64,000 nt of DNA from an uncultured delta proteobacterium (lineage in GTDB: Bacteria; Desulfobacterota; Binatia; UBA9968), in assembly GCA_963727625.1 (NCBI GenBank), contig CAVSHR010000014.1:32889-96888 (forward strand), given 5' to 3'. The notes beneath the pieces are model-generated. The model searched no databases. It saw only the letters and a list, made by a program, of their open reading frames with translations, and was not told the origin of the DNA. Of the stretch, positions 59,267-64,000 are shown one piece after another. The translations under genes were made by a program, and so were the position numbers. How positions within the stretch are numbered: the first letter of the stretch is position 1; each line of letters starts with the position of its first letter.

Positions 59267-60146
59267 ATGAGAAAATTAATATTGGCGTTAATGGTGATTG
59301 TGGCTCTGGGTCAATGGGGGTGTAACAGCGCACTCTGGGAAGACTTGGTCACAGGTCAACCTGACCAACGCGATCTCGTGGCAGAGGTGGAGCGGGTAGA
59401 TACTTCGCCTCAGGAGATCCATTTACGAGAGAATAGTGGTCGCACCAGTATGGTAGGTTATGATGCCAGCACCCGGGTAATTTATCGTGGGCGTGAATAT
59501 TCAGTCAACCAACTAGAGGCCGGGGATATCGTGACCGTGGAACTGAAACGGGGCCTTCTGGGGAAATCTTATGCGAATTTGATCCGCGTCCAAGAAAAAA
59601 TTCGGGATCGGGGCGGTATTACTACCAGGCCAGGAGCCGGAATCCAGACGGTCGATGGGACGGTGGAGCGGGTAGATACTTCGCCTTGGGAGATCCGTAT
59701 ACGAGAGAGCAGTGGTCGCACCAGAGTGGTCACTTATTATTCCGACACCCGGGTGGTTTATCGCGGGCGTGAATATCCGGTCACCCAATTAGAGGCCGGG
59801 GATATCGTAACCGTGGAAGTGAAAGAGGACTCTCGTGGCAACTCCTATACGAATTTGATCCGCGTCCAAGAAAGTGTCCGGGATCGGGGCGGTATTACCA
59901 CCAGGCCAGGAACCGGGATCCAGACGGTCGATGGGAGAGTAGAGCAGGTGGACTTCCAGCGCGGCTCCTTCGAAATGCGCGGCCAGTCGGGAGAAGAGGA
60001 TATTCGTTTCTCTCCCGTACAACGCGAGGAGATCGGATGTCGATCGTTTCCAGGGGCTTCGGGTTGGCGATTACGTCAGGGTCGAGGGGCGATTCATCGA
60101 TCGGGAACGCTTCGAGTTGGAGACTTTTCTCCGGGACAATCGGTAG
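59267..60146 (+). pseudogene. Three-domain lipoprotein (33953 family) with 276-bp internal tandem duplication and a frameshift near 59995
   Basis: Repeat units 59386-59661 and 59662-59937. The conserved tail ...EGRFIDRERFELETFLRDNR* is in another frame, ending 60146. Confidence 0.8.
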
Positions 60147-60184
60147 CTGCTTTACCCGTGGCATTGAGCTGATCATTGAGAAGG

Positions 60185-60240
60185 CAGGCGGGGTCGTCTT
60201 GGTCATTGTCGGAGCCAAGAAATCGTAGTTCGACTTGGGG
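60185..60240 (+). pseudogene. 3' relic of a DUF3185-like gene
   Basis: GGVVLVIVGAKKS* followed by TTCGACTTGGGG, as after 58706. Confidence 0.6.
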
Positions 60241-60499
60241 TTCAAGGTCGTGCCCGCAATGAGCCTTGGATGAACCTGCGATGAGTTGTACACGAGGTGA
60301 TCGACGTGGAAAATTTACTTTGGACACTAGCGATCGCAATCGTCGCGGCTTGGATGGCAGTGCAGGTTCTGAGGGGACGAATCTGAGCGCTGAATGCTCG
60401 TTTAAATAAACAGCCTGACGGCTTACCCGCACTTTGATTCACCAAGAGACAGCTACGGGCAACACGTCAGGCGTGATTGCCCCAAAGGAGGTGCCTTAA

Positions 60500-61399
60500 G
60501 TGTATTTCAGTCGTTTTCTTCTCGTCGCCATAGGTTTGACTCTACTCCCGTTTTTTTCTGCCGGGGCGCAGGTTGACCGTAAGCCGGTAGGGGAGACTCG
60601 AACGCTTGAGCTGGTCGATCAGCTCAAAGATGTGATTCAAAAAGCGGAGAAGACTCGCACCGACCCCTCGTTGATGCAGCAACTGCGCGACCTCGTGCGT
60701 CGCTACGATTGGCCCTGGAGAGTTGCACTTTTATACGACGATTTTCATGACGGTGATTACACGGCAAATCCGTCTTGGGTTGTTGACAAAGGTGACTTCC
60801 GGGTGAGCCAATTTGGGCTTGGTACCGTTTTTACCCAGCCGGCGAGCCCAACTCCCGTCTCATCGGAAAAGAGAGGCGAAAAGTCCACGCTAGAGCGTTT
60901 AGGTGGGTTGTTGGGAGAGATGACGCGACGGGAAGAAGCTGCTGCGCCCCCGCCACCCCTGCCATCTGCGGCCGAGATCTACACGGCGCTCCGTATCACC
61001 AACTCCTTCGCCGTGAAGCTTCAGATGACTTCCAGGGGGAGATCCGCGGACGGTGCCCGCCTTGAGTTTGGTCCCTATCAGGGAAGTGAGCGTAACCAAG
61101 GCTATCGGCTGGTCTATACTTCCGGGAACAAGCCAGCTTTTGCGTTGTTACGAGTCGCGGCGGGACGCTCATCGGTTATCGAGGTTTATGACCAATCAGT
61201 GAATTTGGAAGACGGGCGCCCTCATGGCCTCGAATGGCGCCGTGGCACAGACGGCGAGATGGTAGTGCTGCTGGATGACAAAGAGATCATCCGGGCCTCT
61301 GACCGCGCATCCGGGGAACCCTTCGATGGGTTCACCGTTATCAATGGCGGCGGGGACTACGCTTTTACCCAGATCGCGCTCTTTGGCACGCCCCGATAG
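60500..61399 (+). CDS. Secreted hypothetical protein (DDF.DGDYT.NP.W motif, beta-sandwich-like)
   Basis: AAGGAGG RBS, signal peptide ending AGA, coherent 299-aa ORF. Confidence 0.8.
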   Translation: MYFSRFLLVAIGLTLLPFFSAGAQVDRKPVGETRTLELVDQLKDVIQKAEKTRTDPSLMQQLRDLVRRYDWPWRVALLYDDFHDGDYTANPSWVVDKGDFRVSQFGLGTVFTQPASPTPVSSEKRGEKSTLERLGGLLGEMTRREEAAAPPPPLPSAAEIYTALRITNSFAVKLQMTSRGRSADGARLEFGPYQGSERNQGYRLVYTSGNKPAFALLRVAAGRSSVIEVYDQSVNLEDGRPHGLEWRRGTDGEMVVLLDDKEIIRASDRASGEPFDGFTVINGGGDYAFTQIALFGTPR

Positions 61400-61453
61400 A
61401 CCAGGTTATAAATGTCGTTTCCGTATCGGAGCGTCCGAAGGTAGGTAGAATAC

Positions 61454-61693
61454 ATGATCAAACAAATCGAGATCCACAGTCAGCGCTTCGAGCTTTACAG
61501 TCCAGACGAAGGGCGCACCTGGTCGAGCAGCCCGCGCTCGATCGTTGCTTATGGGCGAAGGAAAAAGAAGTTGCGCTCGGAGCTACAGAAGAGGTTTGAG
61601 CGAATAGACCCGAGGCAGAATCGCGAGCCGACTAATTTAAGTCGACTTAAAACTCCAAAGAGGCTCAGAGAGGTACAGGAGATGAAAACATGA
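61454..61693 (+). CDS. Hypothetical protein of the KQIEIH...GRTWSSSP family
   Basis: Paralog of 32076; ATGA-coupled to the BON gene. Confidence 0.78.
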   Translation: MIKQIEIHSQRFELYSPDEGRTWSSSPRSIVAYGRRKKKLRSELQKRFERIDPRQNREPTNLSRLKTPKRLREVQEMKT

Positions 61694-62742
61694 CCGGAAC
61701 ATATTGGGTAAAGCGCAGTGTGCTCGCTGTGGTCGTGGCTGTTGCATTGGCCGCGCCGGCCGGGGCGGCCACACCGGACGCTTGGATCACCACCAAGATC
61801 AAGCTGAGTCTGCTAACCACGGAGGGCGTCAGCGGGACGGCCATCCACGTGGACACGATACTCGGCAAGGTCACCCTGCACGGCAAGGTGCCCTCAGCCG
61901 ACGAAAAGGCGAAAGCAGAGAGCCTAGCCAAGAACATCGACGGCGTGCTGGAAGTGCGCAATCTGCTCCAGGTCGTTACCCCGGAGCGCAAGAAGGCTGT
62001 TCAGGTGTCCGATGACGCACTGAAGCAGCGGGTTGAGAAGGCATTGCAGGCCGATGCTTCACTTAAGAAGAGCAGCATCTCGGTAAAGTCCGTCAACAGG
62101 GGCGTAGTGCTGCTGTCCGGCACGGCGAAGACCTTGAGCGCTCACCTGCGCGCCGTCGAGACTGCGGCCTGGGTGCCAGGCGTGGCGCGGATCGCCAGCG
62201 AGATCAAGAGCCCCGATGCGCTGGCCGATGCGGAGATCTGGCATGACCCTACGCCGAAACGGTCCAGTCGGGGGGAATCCAACATTTGGGATGCTGCCAG
62301 CGATATATGGATTACCTCGGTAACCAAGATGACCTTGCTGACCGACAGCCGGACGCCGGCGCTCGACATCAATGTGGAGACGCGGGCGGGGGTCGTTACG
62401 CTCTTTGGGATTGTCCCCTCGCAGCAGGCGAAGGACGCTGCCGGGGCCGATACCCGCAGGGTGAGCGGCGTCAAGCGCGTCATCAACGACTTGCAGGTGA
62501 TGACAAGAGCGAAAGAGGCGACGGTGAAGGTGCGCGACGAGGATATCGAGCGCGATGTGAAGAAGGCCTTGGAGAAGGCTGACTTCAAGGACATCCGTGT
62601 CGAGGTGAAGAACGGCGTCGTGCGGCTAATGGGGACGGTCCCCACCGGGGCGCGGCGCCTCGATGCAGCGGTGCTGGCGCGCTCGATCCAGGGTGTGCGC
62701 GCGGTCAAGGACGATCTGCGCATCGAAACCGCCAAGCGCTAA
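61690..62742 (+). CDS. OsmY-like periplasmic protein with four BON domains
   Basis: Signal peptide; DAWITTKIK, DDALK..V, DIWITSVTK, DEDI...V, each followed by G.V.L.G. Confidence 0.92.
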   Translation: MTGTYWVKRSVLAVVVAVALAAPAGAATPDAWITTKIKLSLLTTEGVSGTAIHVDTILGKVTLHGKVPSADEKAKAESLAKNIDGVLEVRNLLQVVTPERKKAVQVSDDALKQRVEKALQADASLKKSSISVKSVNRGVVLLSGTAKTLSAHLRAVETAAWVPGVARIASEIKSPDALADAEIWHDPTPKRSSRGESNIWDAASDIWITSVTKMTLLTDSRTPALDINVETRAGVVTLFGIVPSQQAKDAAGADTRRVSGVKRVINDLQVMTRAKEATVKVRDEDIERDVKKALEKADFKDIRVEVKNGVVRLMGTVPTGARRLDAAVLARSIQGVRAVKDDLRIETAKR

Positions 62743-62774
62743 GGCAACGCGCGCCACGACGCTGCAAAATCACG

Positions 62775-62804
62775 CCGAGGCGACCGCATGGGCGGTCGCC
62801 TCGG
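62775..62804 (+). other. Perfect 13-bp stem hairpin upstream of the csbD RBS
   Basis: CCGAGGCGACCGC-ATGG-GCGGTCGCCTCGG with no U-tract. Confidence 0.6.
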
Positions 62805-62825
62805 TAGACAAAAGGAGGAACGGCA

Positions 62826-63017
62826 ATGAGTGGAAAAACCGACCAGATCAAAGGGCGGATCAAAGAGACGGCGGGTGTATTAACGGATAACGAGCGCCTG
62901 AAACGAAAGGGAAAGCTCGATCAGGTGGTGGGGAAAGTGAAGGAGACGGCGGAGAAGGCTGTGGATAAGATGAAAGACGCTTTGACAAGCAACAAATCCC
63001 GTGGCCGCGCCAAGTAG
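62826..63017 (+). CDS. CsbD family protein (copy 2)
   Basis: DQIKGRIKETAGVLTDNERL..KGK.DQVVG. Confidence 0.9.
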   Translation: MSGKTDQIKGRIKETAGVLTDNERLKRKGKLDQVVGKVKETAEKAVDKMKDALTSNKSRGRAK

Positions 63018-63178
63018 TAATTTCGCGCCCGGCTGCAATGCTTTGCTCGCGGTGTTGCGACTGCCCCGGATCGGCTGTCCGATCTGTACGCGTCCTACCG
63101 TGAGATTATGAACAGGCGATGTGACGGTTGGTGCGTGCGGTATTACCGACCACACTGCTCACATAAGGAGATGAACAA

Positions 63179-63334
63179 TTGAACCTGACAAAAAACTTGG
63201 GGATGCTCTTGTTGGGCATCTGGCTCATCCTGACAGGCTTACTGCAAGTCATTACCGTTCAAATTCCAGCCATTGGTACGATACTGGCTCTGCTTGCTAT
63301 CGTTGCCGGCGCATTGATTCTGGTAGGTCGGTAA
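63179..63334 (+). CDS. 51-aa two-TM membrane protein (not in ORF track)
   Basis: AAGGAG RBS with TTG start; KNLGMLLLGIWLILTGLL...LAIVAGALILVGR. Confidence 0.78.
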   Translation: MNLTKNLGMLLLGIWLILTGLLQVITVQIPAIGTILALLAIVAGALILVGR

Positions 63335-63430
63335 AACGTTCGATCTTCCGGAAGCACACTGCTTGCCTAGTACAAATTGCCCAGCGCGGCTGCGCCGGCT
63401 TATGGACTGCGCGATATTTGTTTTAAAATT

Positions 63431-63472
63431 GTCTAAAAGTAGACAGCAATCCCATCTGATACAGAGCACTAT
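63431..63472 (+). promoter_or_regulatory. Crp-type box plus -10 CACTAT
   Basis: GTCTAAAAGTAGAC-N22-CACTAT. Confidence 0.75.
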
Positions 63473-63566
63473 TCGATCCAAACTCATCGAAATCGGAAAT
63501 ACGAATGGAACGATCGATACTCAAGCGCAGAGTTTGCTTGAGCTGTGGGAAAGGAGGTGAATTAGA

Positions 63567-63884
63567 ATGGAAAACAAACTCGTTATTTGGTCGAGTGTAG
63601 CCCTTTTTGTTGGAACTCTCGCTCTTGCGGCCTGCCAGCAGAATCCGGCTCCGCCAGCGGCACCACCGCCGCCACCGGCTGAAGCCGGGCCAGCGGGACC
63701 AGCAGGGCCAGCAGGACAAGAAGGAGTGGCCGGAGCGACTGGTGCGACCGGAGCGGAAGGAGAAAAAGCCAAGCCAGGGCAAGACGGAGCGACCGGAGCA
63801 ACCGGAGCAACCGGAGCAACCGGAGCGGCTGGAGCAACCGGAGCGGAGGGCGCGACTGGAGCTGAGGGACAAAGAGGCAGGTAA
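63567..63884 (+). CDS. Collagen-like lipoprotein, copy 2 (two extra Gly-X-Y triplets)
   Basis: Same protein as 47772 except for a GAAGAT peptide insertion. Confidence 0.88.
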   Translation: MENKLVIWSSVALFVGTLALAACQQNPAPPAAPPPPPAEAGPAGPAGPAGQEGVAGATGATGAEGEKAKPGQDGATGATGATGATGAAGATGAEGATGAEGQRGR

Positions 63885-63918
63885 GATTTTAATTGCGATA
63901 TCTGGGTTAGGCGTCCAG

Positions 63919-63952
63919 AAAGGGGAAGGGAATGCAACCTTCCCCTTTTTTT
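63919..63952 (+). terminator. Rho-independent terminator
   Basis: Same hairpin and T7 tract as 48106. Confidence 0.85.
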
Positions 63953-64000
63953 GTGACATGTCGGACCGATCCAAAACCGCAAATTCAGGAACTCACTAGT

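Larger units (their letters stand above)
63357..64000 (+). repeat. Direct repeat, copy 2 (may extend beyond the window)
   Basis: Matches 47562-48187 with 18 extra nt in the collagen repeats. Confidence 0.95.

Noticed and set aside
1-64000. CRISPR array, rRNA, tRNA, prophage or integrase
   Set aside because: I saw no regularly spaced repeat-spacer units, cas genes, RNA-gene signatures or phage genes. The recurring motifs are dispersed and promoter-associated.

Overview
Bacterial chromosomal window, GC-rich by eye. Gene content suggests a diderm environmental bacterium such as Candidatus Binatia or a deltaproteobacterium; this is inference only. The left end (1-16 kb) holds an RlmL-type rRNA methyltransferase, glgC, a GT4/GH130 pair, a CarD-family protein, a fatty-acid desaturase, ftsH and nfeD-floA. 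Most of the rest is a general-stress or envelope island built from repeatedly duplicated and shuffled small genes: BON, YtxH, CsbD, DUF3309, lmo0937/DUF5670, DUF3185, entericidin, unknown lipoproteins, and two intact plus two relic Crp/Fnr regulators. It also contains a GH13 enzyme, a class A PBP, an AI-2E transporter, an Mla/PqiC ABC system, RlpA, a duplicated collagen-like lipoprotein cassette, a nested IS (IS1182/IS5-like inside IS1380) and a probable ceramide cassette (START protein, Spt, bCerS-like, CerR-like). The strongest unannotated signal is regulatory. Thirteen copies of a 14-bp palindrome GTY-N8-RAC each lie exactly 22 nt before an NAnnnT -10 box, which is class II Crp geometry (centre -41.5). 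Six copies of a CGACC-NTTT-GGTCGA-N5-TCGAC element also occur, five of them 108-109 bp upstream of intact sigma54 -24/-12 promoters, and one of those promoters heads an operon containing a crp gene. This suggests a two-tier sigma54/bEBP to Crp cascade driving many microproteins. All family calls come from manual motif recognition; no database searches were run.
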